IMG/VR virus record: IMGVR_UViG_3300046002_001774
Span: 7,432 to 71,431 of that record
Length of the DNA stretch: 64,000 nt
Strand: one strand, 5' to 3'
Origin: a virus
In this document: positions 8,422 to 16,137 of the stretch, piece by piece
Layout of the letters: each line of letters begins with the position of its first letter
How positions within the stretch are numbered: the first letter of the stretch is position 1
Made by a program: the position numbers and the translations under genes
Notes under the pieces: model-generated
Told to the model about the DNA's origin: nothing
The model's input: the letters and a program-made list of their open reading frames with translations, nothing else
Database searches by the model: none

Positions 8422-8622
8422 TTAGTTTTTAATTATTCTAATTTCACTTTCTTTAAGAACATTTTTCAATGACATAGCCAACTCATGTCCCATCGTTTCA
8501 CAAGTGTCTTTGTTGAGCAAGCGTGAAACTGTATGTGCTAGAATAAGAATTGCTGCTGCTGTGTCATTAATATCCATTTCTTCCTTTATATCTTTAAAGG
8601 CATCAATGTACCATTCGTTCAT
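8422..8622 (-). CDS. Hypothetical phage protein
   Basis: 66-aa ORF directly after SSB. Confidence 0.5.
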   Translation of the reverse strand: MNEWYIDAFKDIKEEMDINDTAAAILILAHTVSRLLNKDTCETMGHELAMSLKNVLKESEIRIIKN

Positions 8623-8625
8623 AAG

Positions 8626-8895
8626 TTAAAACGGGATTTCTGAATCATCATCCTTGGCCCGTGCTGGAGCAGGTTTGGCCTTTGCAGGGGTTTTACCAGC
8701 ATCCTGATCCTTTGGCTTCACTGACAAGCTGAAGAACTTCTTGCCGTCCTTTTTGGATTCCTTGAGCCAACCATTGAGCCAGTAGTCTTTTCCCTCGATG
8801 TTGATGGATCCATTGTAGTCTGGGTGGGTGTCTAGTTCTTTGCGGTCGTTCTTGAAGAGTGATCCGCGATTTGTGTTATCGTATTGGTCTGCCAT
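8626..8895 (-). CDS. ssb: Phage single-stranded DNA-binding protein (short OB-fold type)
   Basis: NRGSLFKN...HPDYNGSINIEG..YWLNGW...FFSLSV core; acidic tail DDDSEIPF. Confidence 0.8.
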   Translation of the reverse strand: MADQYDNTNRGSLFKNDRKELDTHPDYNGSINIEGKDYWLNGWLKESKKDGKKFFSLSVKPKDQDAGKTPAKAKPAPARAKDDDSEIPF

Positions 8896-8951
8896 ATTAT
8901 TGTTATAGTTAGTTTATATTATTGCATCGTTTTTGTGGTGTGATGCCACCA
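8896..8951 (-). promoter_or_regulatory. Putative H-type pseudoknot plus A/U-rich leader upstream of ssb
   Basis: Minus strand TGGTG-GCATC-A-CACCA-CAAAAAC-GATGC, then AATAATATAAACTAACTATAACAATAAT-ATG. Confidence 0.45.
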
Positions 8952-8994
8952 AGTCTGCATTTGTTTGCAGAAAGTGTAATGTTATGTGCTTTAG

Positions 8995-9306
8995 TTAGGG
9001 CCAAGAAACTGGGAACACGTTTTTTGTGTGAGTCTTTTCTTCGTCACCAAGAGCGATCATTGTGGTGTACTTGGGTTGTCTATTGTAGATGAAATCCTCT
9101 AATCTTCCTCCATCTTCCTCGCTTAGTACCTCATTCTCGTCTGATGAGAGAAAATGAATCCCATGAATTTCTGGACATGATAAAAGAGATTCCTTCACAT
9201 TTTTGATGTAGATCTCACCAAAAGTGTCGGTTGTTAGTTCTGTTGCATTAGGAACCATGCAGGTTACCTCAATGGTAATCTTTAGGCTTTTCATTTGTTT
9301 CTCCAA
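8995..9306 (-). CDS. Hypothetical phage protein
   Basis: 103-aa ORF in the early operon. Confidence 0.55.
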   Translation of the reverse strand: MEKQMKSLKITIEVTCMVPNATELTTDTFGEIYIKNVKESLLSCPEIHGIHFLSSDENEVLSEEDGGRLEDFIYNRQPKYTTMIALGDEEKTHTKNVFPVSWP

Positions 9307-9435
9307 TCATCTTCCAAATCGACTCCGTATTTCTTCTTTGAAATGTAGTTTGTAACTTGGCACATGATCTCAGCGAAGATGTAGATGAGCATGACAAGAG
9401 TAACGCTGCCCATGAATAGTTGAATGCTTGTCATA

Positions 9436-9663
9436 CTAGTCGCTCCAGCAATCGTAGCTACCCTCGTAGACATACCCATTTTCGTCCTTCGTTTCATGGA
9501 ACGTGAACGATTGGCCAAACATATCGTGAGATCCGCAAATGGACTCGATGATTTCTTTGGATAGATAGGACTTCGACGTGATACGGAATGTTCCCCAGTC
9601 CCGTGTGCCTCGGTCGTTGCGAGACTTGTCTGCCTCGACTGTGATTACGTTTAGTTGTTTCAT
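9436..9663 (-). CDS. Hypothetical phage protein
   Basis: 75-aa ORF. Confidence 0.5.
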   Translation of the reverse strand: MKQLNVITVEADKSRNDRGTRDWGTFRITSKSYLSKEIIESICGSHDMFGQSFTFHETKDENGYVYEGSYDCWSD

Positions 9664-9878
9664 TTGATATGGTGTATTTATTTAGCTAACGGCACTACAT
9701 CTAGGGTTAAAATTCAAACTCGTCAACAGAATTTTCTTCGATGTGTGCAAAATATTTATTGTAGATTTCTTTTGTTTTTTCGTATTTTTCCTGAGCGTCC
9801 GCAAACCTAGCAATCATGCGGCTCTGCCAGATTGCTGTTGCAGTGTCTAGCAAAATGCAAGCCTCGTCGAAGTGGTGA

Positions 9879-11174
9879 TCAATGTTCATCAATTTGTTCA
9901 AATCTGGAAATTTCTCCGCGCATTTTTACAGGAACAAAAACGTCACGCTGACCACGTCGATTCTTGCCGATATGTATGCGCGAAGTTGGTTGGGTTTCAA
10001 CTTTCTTCTTGAATGATGAAGTGTCCTTCTTCTTCTCGTCAGGATGAGAGATGAGAACCAAGAAATCAGTATGATGCGCGATTGCTCTGGATTCCCGTAC
10101 TGCACCTTCATCGTTGAGTTGTGATGCGGTGATTACTGCGGAGTTTGTTTTCAAGCCCGTCAACTTGAGTCTGCGTGATAGCTCACTCACTGCCTGTTCG
10201 CGGTTATCAGCGGATGGCATCGTCACGATTTGTAGGTAGTCCACAACGATCAGATCGGCCTTGCCAAGTGAAGCAAGACGTGATGCCTCTGCTGCTATTT
10301 CACCAACCTCTGAGAGATCATCTCGGATCGTCAGCTTCATCTGCATGAGTTGCGTGATTGCACTGGAGATATCCTTTGCAGATGCAACACCTCTCCACTC
10401 TGTGACTCCCTCCATCTCACGCAATGGCAGAATTGTCTTACCCAGAAGATTGGAAGCTATACGTTGTAGAATAGCCTTAGCTGGCATCTCTAGGGAAAAT
10501 ATAGTTACTGATTTACCATTGAGTAGTGCCTGTAGTGCGGCTTGGTAAAGCAGGATGGATTTACCTCCGCTGGTTTGCGCTCCCACAACTAGCATTTCAC
10601 CTCTGCGAACACCTCCACCAAGAAACTTGTCCAGCTTGGGAATTCCAGTGGGGAAATTCTCTAGTGGGGTCTTGTCCTCCAGATCGTCCATAAAATCGCT
10701 CAGATGGGCCTTCACGTCCTTGCACTGGTGTTCTGGTACGATTGCATTGGCAAAGGACTCTGCGAGGCTAGAAAGGTCTGCCTTCATTGCGCAAACGTCA
10801 TCATGGTTATCCTCCCACGTTTTGATGGCATCCCTGTAGCCTTTTGCTTTGATGAGTTGTGCGCGGTAGTCTGCTGCGGTTTCTAAGCACATAGCACCGG
10901 GTGACAGGAAGATTGTCTGGAGGATATCCATCACTCCATCTTTCCCACCACAAGCATTCAGCTTGCCAGTTGTCTCTAGGTCAGACAATGCCCCTAGTGC
11001 GTTTGTGGATCCTGTCCGCTGGTAGACTCTCTCTAGTGCGGTGAAGATCAGTTTGTGTTGCGATAACGCAAACAGATCAGCATTCCACGATAAGTGTGGT
11101 AGAACGTCTGGGTCAATTGCGATTAGTGATAGTGCCGCTTTTTCTGCTGTTTGTGCGATTGGTATGTTTTTCAT
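9879..11174 (-). CDS. dnaB: DnaB-like replicative helicase
   Basis: AEKAAL N-domain, GAQTSGGKS Walker A, FSLEM, IVVDYLQ, SQLN, RES.AI, KNRRG. Confidence 0.93.
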   Translation of the reverse strand: MKNIPIAQTAEKAALSLIAIDPDVLPHLSWNADLFALSQHKLIFTALERVYQRTGSTNALGALSDLETTGKLNACGGKDGVMDILQTIFLSPGAMCLETAADYRAQLIKAKGYRDAIKTWEDNHDDVCAMKADLSSLAESFANAIVPEHQCKDVKAHLSDFMDDLEDKTPLENFPTGIPKLDKFLGGGVRRGEMLVVGAQTSGGKSILLYQAALQALLNGKSVTIFSLEMPAKAILQRIASNLLGKTILPLREMEGVTEWRGVASAKDISSAITQLMQMKLTIRDDLSEVGEIAAEASRLASLGKADLIVVDYLQIVTMPSADNREQAVSELSRRLKLTGLKTNSAVITASQLNDEGAVRESRAIAHHTDFLVLISHPDEKKKDTSSFKKKVETQPTSRIHIGKNRRGQRDVFVPVKMRGEISRFEQIDEH

Positions 11175-11175
11175 G

Positions 11176-11865
11176 TTAGTATCCCCTGTTGTTTGTCGCT
11201 TGTGCCTTTTGTACCCATTCAGCTTTGAATCCTTGCCATCCTCTGGTCACGCATTCAGTGATTGCCTCATCGAGAGTCCATCCAGCTTCTTCAGCTTCAC
11301 GTTCAATTCCGTTAAGTGCAGTTTGGGTTAGTGGTGATTTCTTGGCTTTTCTGATTTTAAGAAAATCATTCCAGACCTGTTCAGGAACTGAATCTGGTCT
11401 ATTTATATTATTAGTAGTAGAAGAAGAAGATGAAGAAGAAGACTGTAGTGTTGCCTTTTGGTTGATACCATTTGGCAAGCAATCTTCAACCACCCTTGCA
11501 AGTGTGGTTGAACCACCCTTGAGCATTTTACGCATTTCGGCAGACTTCTTGCCACCTTCGGCACTCTTTCTTGCCCATTCATTCTGTTTTAAGATTTCCT
11601 GCTCCAACCTCTCATGCACCATGCATGAAGTGTCGTTGGGGTGTGGTTTGAACATGGTTGCAACGGTGGTTGCAAGGGTGGTTGAAGCACCCTTGCCAAT
11701 CAATCGTGCTATTTGATCTGGATTCGATGGGATACTTCCGTGCTGCCAACAATAGCAAAGCAAGCGGATATAAGCCCCCTCTTCTTCAAGACTCATCAAC
11801 GCTACACGTTGAGATCCCAAATAATCAGCTGGGTAGAACTGAAATGCTGGTCGTTTAATTTTCAT
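11176..11865 (-). CDS. Lambda-O-like replication initiator (DUF1376/YdaU-like N-terminus)
   Basis: PAFQFYPADYL...EEEGAYIRLLCYCW; Ser-rich linker; VWNDFLKIRKAKK...RGWQGFKAEW; directly upstream of DnaB. Confidence 0.8.
   Translation of the reverse strand: MKIKRPAFQFYPADYLGSQRVALMSLEEEGAYIRLLCYCWQHGSIPSNPDQIARLIGKGASTTLATTVATMFKPHPNDTSCMVHERLEQEILKQNEWARKSAEGGKKSAEMRKMLKGGSTTLARVVEDCLPNGINQKATLQSSSSSSSSTTNNINRPDSVPEQVWNDFLKIRKAKKSPLTQTALNGIEREAEEAGWTLDEAITECVTRGWQGFKAEWVQKAQATNNRGY
11485..11695. repeat. Probable replication-origin iterons inside the initiator gene
   Basis: TTCAACCACCCTTG / CAAGGGTGGTTGAA family repeated in direct and inverted orientation (11485-11521, 11655-11695). Confidence 0.6.
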
Positions 11866-11870
11866 AGTAT

Positions 11871-11966
11871 AAAAAAAGACCCACCTCAAGTGATACTCCC
11901 ACAAGGAATCTTATGGGCATGAGGTAGGTCAAATTGGTTGGTTTTTAACGATGGTATCAAACATCG
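11871..11966 (-). promoter_or_regulatory. Attenuator-like leader: small hairpin plus intrinsic terminator with complementary loops
   Basis: CGATG-TTTGATAC-CATCG hairpin; GACCTACCTCA...GTATCAC-TTGAGGTGGGTC-TTTTTTT terminator just before the initiator ATG. Confidence 0.6.
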
Positions 11967-11994
11967 CGCTTCGTCTGAAGCTAACTCAAAATAT

Positions 11995-12342
11995 CTAGTT
12001 TTTGGATTTCGTCAAATTGTTTTTTACAGACCAATCCCAGATTTCCAAAAGTTCCTGTGCTTTGCGGTCAACAAAGTCTTCAGATAAGCTATGTGATTTT
12101 AGTTCAATCCATGTACCATCTGGCAACTCACCAGTGCATTTAACTTCGTAACCAATGCTCGGGTATCCATATTTTCGATGGTCGTAAATATAAACCTCGA
12201 CCTGTTTCTTTTTTCCTTCATTGCAACGACACTCCTCATGTCCCGCGAAGGTTTGGTAGAATGCAATGTCGGACTGATTGAGGAAGTCTTTGAATTGCTT
12301 CCATCCATTGCCAGTGAGTTTGTCAAAGTTAAGCTCGTTCAT
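11995..12342 (-). CDS. Hypothetical phage protein
   Basis: 115-aa ORF overlapping the exonuclease stop. Confidence 0.55.
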   Translation of the reverse strand: MNELNFDKLTGNGWKQFKDFLNQSDIAFYQTFAGHEECRCNEGKKKQVEVYIYDHRKYGYPSIGYEVKCTGELPDGTWIELKSHSLSEDFVDRKAQELLEIWDWSVKNNLTKSKN

Positions 12343-13382
12343 AGTTTTACTTTCTTGGGTTTATCTTCAACTAGCTTCACAATCTCCTCACCAACATCTG
12401 GCTGGATCTGGGATAGATCGTATCCTACCGAATCGCAGTACTTCTGCAATTTTGTAGCAGAGATGCTACCTCCGAATAGCTTAATGCTGTCGGAAAGTGA
12501 CATTTCGGTGCAGGTTCCGATATGCTCGATGACCTCTTCAGGATATGTCTCCCGTCCCTTTTGACGTTGCAGTTTCCAGCCGTAGACTTTCTCTCCTGAT
12601 TGCAACTTTTCCTTGAGCAGATCCTTTGCCCAATCGACTAGGTAGTTGTTGAAAATATGGCTCTGTTTTATAAACATGGATAACCGCTCGATATCACCCG
12701 CGAGATGCGCCTGCATTTGCGCTAGGTTGGCCTGTAGATCGTTTTCCACAACCGCTAGTGTGTTAGCAATAGGGACTGCAATTTGGCCGCACGTTGCTGC
12801 CTTGTTGCACCAGCGGCAATAATCGCAAGCTGTCGGTACTTTGTCTGGATCGTTGTATGCTGCGAGAACACCCTCAACAACCTGCTTGGCTTCTTCGATT
12901 GTCCAAGAGTGCGTGACTACACGCTCCTGATCACAGAACAGCAAGTGCGTAGTCCATTCGCGAATGGCATATTCACCCGTCTCAAAGTCATAACTCGCTG
13001 CCATGTTTCCGTAGGCATAGGCACATTGCTGCTCAAGATACGAACGTAGGATTCCTGACTTCAAGTCTAGGCTTGTATGGAGTGCTGGGATGCGGCAATC
13101 CTCGGTTCCTGTGTGATCGATGCCGGGGGTTTTAACCTTCAAGCTATTCTCGTCGGTTACCACCTCGTGATCACCAGCGATTGTCTTGGTCATCTCAATA
13201 GCCCACATGACCGCATCAGCATCCTTGGACTTTAGTGCGAGGAAGGGCTTATTATTGCCCATGAACATTTCCCTGAATGCCTCGTCCATGTGAGTCCCGC
13301 GAGATGCGGCATAAGATTGTCCCTCCTTGGACTCGAAACACGCACACTCAGCCAGCTTGGGTAGTAGTGAATGACGGATCAT
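12339..13382 (-). CDS. PD-(D/E)XK exonuclease (DUF2800/Cas4-like), recombination partner
   Basis: AASRGTHM, GTEDC, SLDLKSG, QQCAYA, CDYCRWC; adjacent to ERF. Confidence 0.78.
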   Translation of the reverse strand: MIRHSLLPKLAECACFESKEGQSYAASRGTHMDEAFREMFMGNNKPFLALKSKDADAVMWAIEMTKTIAGDHEVVTDENSLKVKTPGIDHTGTEDCRIPALHTSLDLKSGILRSYLEQQCAYAYGNMAASYDFETGEYAIREWTTHLLFCDQERVVTHSWTIEEAKQVVEGVLAAYNDPDKVPTACDYCRWCNKAATCGQIAVPIANTLAVVENDLQANLAQMQAHLAGDIERLSMFIKQSHIFNNYLVDWAKDLLKEKLQSGEKVYGWKLQRQKGRETYPEEVIEHIGTCTEMSLSDSIKLFGGSISATKLQKYCDSVGYDLSQIQPDVGEEIVKLVEDKPKKVKL

Positions 13383-14008
13383 TTCGATGCCTCCCACTTA
13401 GCAACTGCTGCCAAGAACTTCTCTGGAGATACGAGCAAGTTGTCACGATACTTGCCAACGGGAAGATCGTGCCACAACTGACCAACTTTGATCTCACCTT
13501 TCGAGAGTAAGTATCCAGTAGCCGATTCAGCTTTGGTTCCAATCACGGACTCAACCTTTGCAAACCAGTTTGGATCCTCTTTGGGTGTTACAGGTGCTAT
13601 GATTTTTGTCACTGATGTCCTAGCTTGCGGAACAACGCGAGATGCTGCCTGACCATCGTCATCTTCAGGTGCAATGCCACACGCTGCCATAAGCGAGTAA
13701 CGTCTTGCATACGTCAATGCAGACCCGTATCCCATTGCGTCATTCTTGCTGGCTGGAACGTGCAGCTTACCCGCTGAGAATGTCTCACCAGATTCGTGGA
13801 TGAATAGAGTTTCGACAATAACACCAGATTCACATTCGTGTGTCTGCTGGATCAATGCGATTCCGTTATCGTTAAGACCCGTGATGACTGCTTCGACGCA
13901 AGCAGACAGATCTGCGTACCGCGAGCGGAAGTGAGGGTTGGTTGATGTTTTGAGTGCTGGGCCGAATGCCTTCTGAGCTTTGACTAGTGCTGATGCTATG
14001 TTTTTCAT
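13379..14008 (-). CDS. erf: ERF-family single-strand annealing protein
   Basis: KTSTNPHFRSRYADL...GSALTYARRYSLMAACGIAPEDDDG. Confidence 0.93.
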   Translation of the reverse strand: MKNIASALVKAQKAFGPALKTSTNPHFRSRYADLSACVEAVITGLNDNGIALIQQTHECESGVIVETLFIHESGETFSAGKLHVPASKNDAMGYGSALTYARRYSLMAACGIAPEDDDGQAASRVVPQARTSVTKIIAPVTPKEDPNWFAKVESVIGTKAESATGYLLSKGEIKVGQLWHDLPVGKYRDNLLVSPEKFLAAVAKWEASK

Positions 14009-14338
14009 TTGTTTTACTGGTTTGTTGTTTGTTTACTGGTTGATAAAATCTTCCCACTGCTCGCAAGTGCGCTCGTCTTTCCTGCGCTTCTCGCAATACT
14101 TTTTGAAACGATGGAGGATGTTTTCCTGCCCAAGCCTGTAGCAAGCGAAGCAGGATGCGAATGAAAGGATGAAGTAGGAAACTGCGATTGATGTGGTCAT
14201 TTGTTTTGGGTGAGTACTAAGGTTAATCCGATTAGTCCGACAACGGGTGCGATTACCATGAACGCATCCAGACAATGCTGGAGCGTCACAAGCAAAGGAG
14301 TTGAAGCGAATGTTTCGATGATGTTCATAAGAGTTGTA

Positions 14339-14367
14339 GAATTATCCAATCTGCTTGGGAATGTCAA
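14339..14367 (-). promoter_or_regulatory. Sigma70-like promoter with a palindromic operator in the spacer
   Basis: TTGACA (14362-14367), CCAAGCAGATTGG (14346-14358), then ATAATT. Confidence 0.6.
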
Positions 14368-14454
14368 CAAGGTTTTTTGGGAAAGATTCCTGCCGTCCTT
14401 TTCATTTTGTTTGTTGGGTTGTGGAGCGGGGGTGGAACCCGCTCCGTTTGGGTT

Positions 14455-14655
14455 TTAGTTATTTAAAATTTCGCGTCCTGCATCTATTGCTGCATCTGCT
14501 GATCGTGTCCTGCCTTGCAATCCGCTTTCTTTTGGGAAACTCCAAGAGATGGTATTTGCTCCGTTGCCTTCTTTGTTTTCTTGTGCTGCAAATATGCAAA
14601 ATTCTTTTCCGTATTTAGAAATTGCTAGGATGGTTTTTTTGCTAAGAGTTGTCAT
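14455..14655 (-). CDS. Hypothetical early protein
   Basis: 66-aa ORF behind the promoter at 14710-14737. Confidence 0.55.
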   Translation of the reverse strand: MTTLSKKTILAISKYGKEFCIFAAQENKEGNGANTISWSFPKESGLQGRTRSADAAIDAGREILNN

Positions 14656-14709
14656 TTGATTGATTTGGTTTTTGGTTTCGTTGCTGACGTTGTGTCATCA
14701 ACTACAAAC

Positions 14710-14737
14710 AAGATACCAAGCCGCTTGGGTTATGCAA
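14710..14737 (-). promoter_or_regulatory. Sigma70-like promoter with a perfect palindromic operator
   Basis: TTGCAT-16 nt-TATCTT; spacer contains CCAAGCGGCTTGG (14716-14728). Confidence 0.6.
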
Positions 14738-14813
14738 TAGTTATTTTCACTTTTTTTTCAGTAGGATAAAAATAATTACTTAATTCTGTTGACACCCGCA
14801 GATGCCGATAGAA

Positions 14814-15101
14814 TCAAGCTGTGCAGACTTCCATCTTTCTAGGTCTTCCACCTTTCGCACCATTGGCTCGTGCTGCCTCAACTTTTTTATCGGAAGAAAC
14901 GCATCCACCTTTGCGTCCAATCTCTGACAAAAACTGCCGCACTACATCAGGAATCGTGGTCTTCATTTTTGTCTCTTTCCTTGGAAACTCGCTTGAATGA
15001 ATCCCAGTCGATATCATCGTAGTTGTCCTGATATTTTCGCTCCCAAGTTTTGGTGCGAGGCTTATCTCCCTTGCCGTTTCGATGCCACTCATTGTTATCA
15101 A
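14814..15101 (-). CDS. Small basic KGG/AT-hook-like protein (real start may be the internal MKTT)
   Basis: LSEIGRKGG...AARANGAKGGRPRK. Confidence 0.55.
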   Translation of the reverse strand: MITMSGIETAREISLAPKLGSENIRTTTMISTGIHSSEFPRKETKMKTTIPDVVRQFLSEIGRKGGCVSSDKKVEAARANGAKGGRPRKMEVCTA

Positions 15102-15334
15102 TCTTTCCGTGACTCATCTTCTTGCTCCTTTGTTTGGAATACCCCGTCACGCACGAAAATATGCTCCATCAATTTTGCTGCTAGGACGAACTTGAAACTC
15201 GTCTCTTGGAGCGTCCTCATGATGTCATGGTAAACGTCATGCTGAGTGATTTTGGTTAGGTCGATTTGAGAAAGGACTGCATCAATTGCTTGCTGCGTCT
15301 CTTCCTCACCTGCTTGTTTTGGTGTTGTATCCAT
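15098..15334 (-). CDS. Hypothetical phage protein
   Basis: 78-aa ORF. Confidence 0.5.
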   Translation of the reverse strand: MDTTPKQAGEEETQQAIDAVLSQIDLTKITQHDVYHDIMRTLQETSFKFVLAAKLMEHIFVRDGVFQTKEQEDESRKD

Positions 15335-15339
15335 AATAT

Positions 15340-15651
15340 TTATTGGTTGAATGTTTGCTTCTCACGCTCGATGAGCATTGCGTCTGCGTCCACGAATGAC
15401 AACTCTGCCACTATCTCAGGCAATTCACCAGAGAATTCTTCGCTTGCCCTGTAGCCCCGCAGGGATGCCGCTGCAAAGTAATCTCGGATTCCCATGCCAG
15501 AGTTTGGCTTGACTGCGGATGTCTTTGCATCACCACCGAAATGAGGCACGGGGAATGCAGGGTGGTTATTTCGCTTAGTAGCCATGTAATTTAGCGAGGA
15601 ACTCGCGTTGAATTTTCCTGCGTTCTGGAGTTCGCGTCCAGAAGAACGCAC
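15340..15651 (-). CDS. Conserved phage protein of the PAFP...GMxxRDYFAA family (start probably MATK)
   Basis: HPAFP...GMGIRDYFAAASLRG...ADAML. Confidence 0.65.
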   Translation of the reverse strand: MRSSGRELQNAGKFNASSSLNYMATKRNNHPAFPVPHFGGDAKTSAVKPNSGMGIRDYFAAASLRGYRASEEFSGELPEIVAELSFVDADAMLIEREKQTFNQ

Positions 15652-15777
15652 AGGCTTGATCGACTACAATGGAAAGTCTGCGAATCCACGGATCATCGTG
15701 ATCCTCGACTCCGCACTGGTTACGTCCAATCCCTTTGACGGGTTTTGTATTTTTCATATTTATTTATAAGTGAAAGG

Positions 15778-15912
15778 CTATTTTTTAGCCTTAGCTTTCT
15801 TTTGTACGGCATAGGCAATAGCAAGTGCTTGCTTCTGCGGCTTGCCGTGTTTCATTTCAGTTTTTAGATTGCGTTCAAAGCAATTCTGTGAGGCACATTT
15901 TCGTAGTGGCAT
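15778..15912 (-). CDS. Small basic phage protein (44 aa)
   Basis: Manual translation MPLRKCASQNCFERNLKTEMKHGKPQKQALAIAYAVQKKAKAKK; familiar GKPQKQAxAIA phage motif. Confidence 0.65.
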   Translation of the reverse strand: MPLRKCASQNCFERNLKTEMKHGKPQKQALAIAYAVQKKAKAKK

Positions 15913-15915
15913 AGG

Positions 15916-16134
15916 TTATTCTTCTTCGATTCCAAGTGCTGTTTGGAGCGCATCATAGTCTCCATTCCCAGCATCAAGCGCAGCATTTTTTATGTCTTCT
16001 GGAGCATCTTCAGCAACCATCAGAACCATATTGTCTGGGAGTTGGTATTCTTCAAATCCAATTTTTTTGTAGTCATTTATATCAGACGTGTTTTTATCAG
16101 CATCTTTTACAAGTATAGAGTAATTCTCGCTCAT
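15916..16134 (-). CDS. Hypothetical acidic protein
   Basis: 72-aa ORF directly after the giant gene. Confidence 0.5.
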   Translation of the reverse strand: MSENYSILVKDADKNTSDINDYKKIGFEEYQLPDNMVLMVAEDAPEDIKNAALDAGNGDYDALQTALGIEEE

Positions 16135-16137
16135 TAT

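Noticed and set aside
12339-13382. Cas4 as evidence of a CRISPR system
   Set aside because: No other cas genes or array; the position beside ERF indicates a recombination exonuclease
12339-13397. Exonuclease as another MGG-tagged protein (MGGIEM)
   Set aside because: That ATG lies inside the ERF gene; the ATGA-coupled start at 13382 is more plausible
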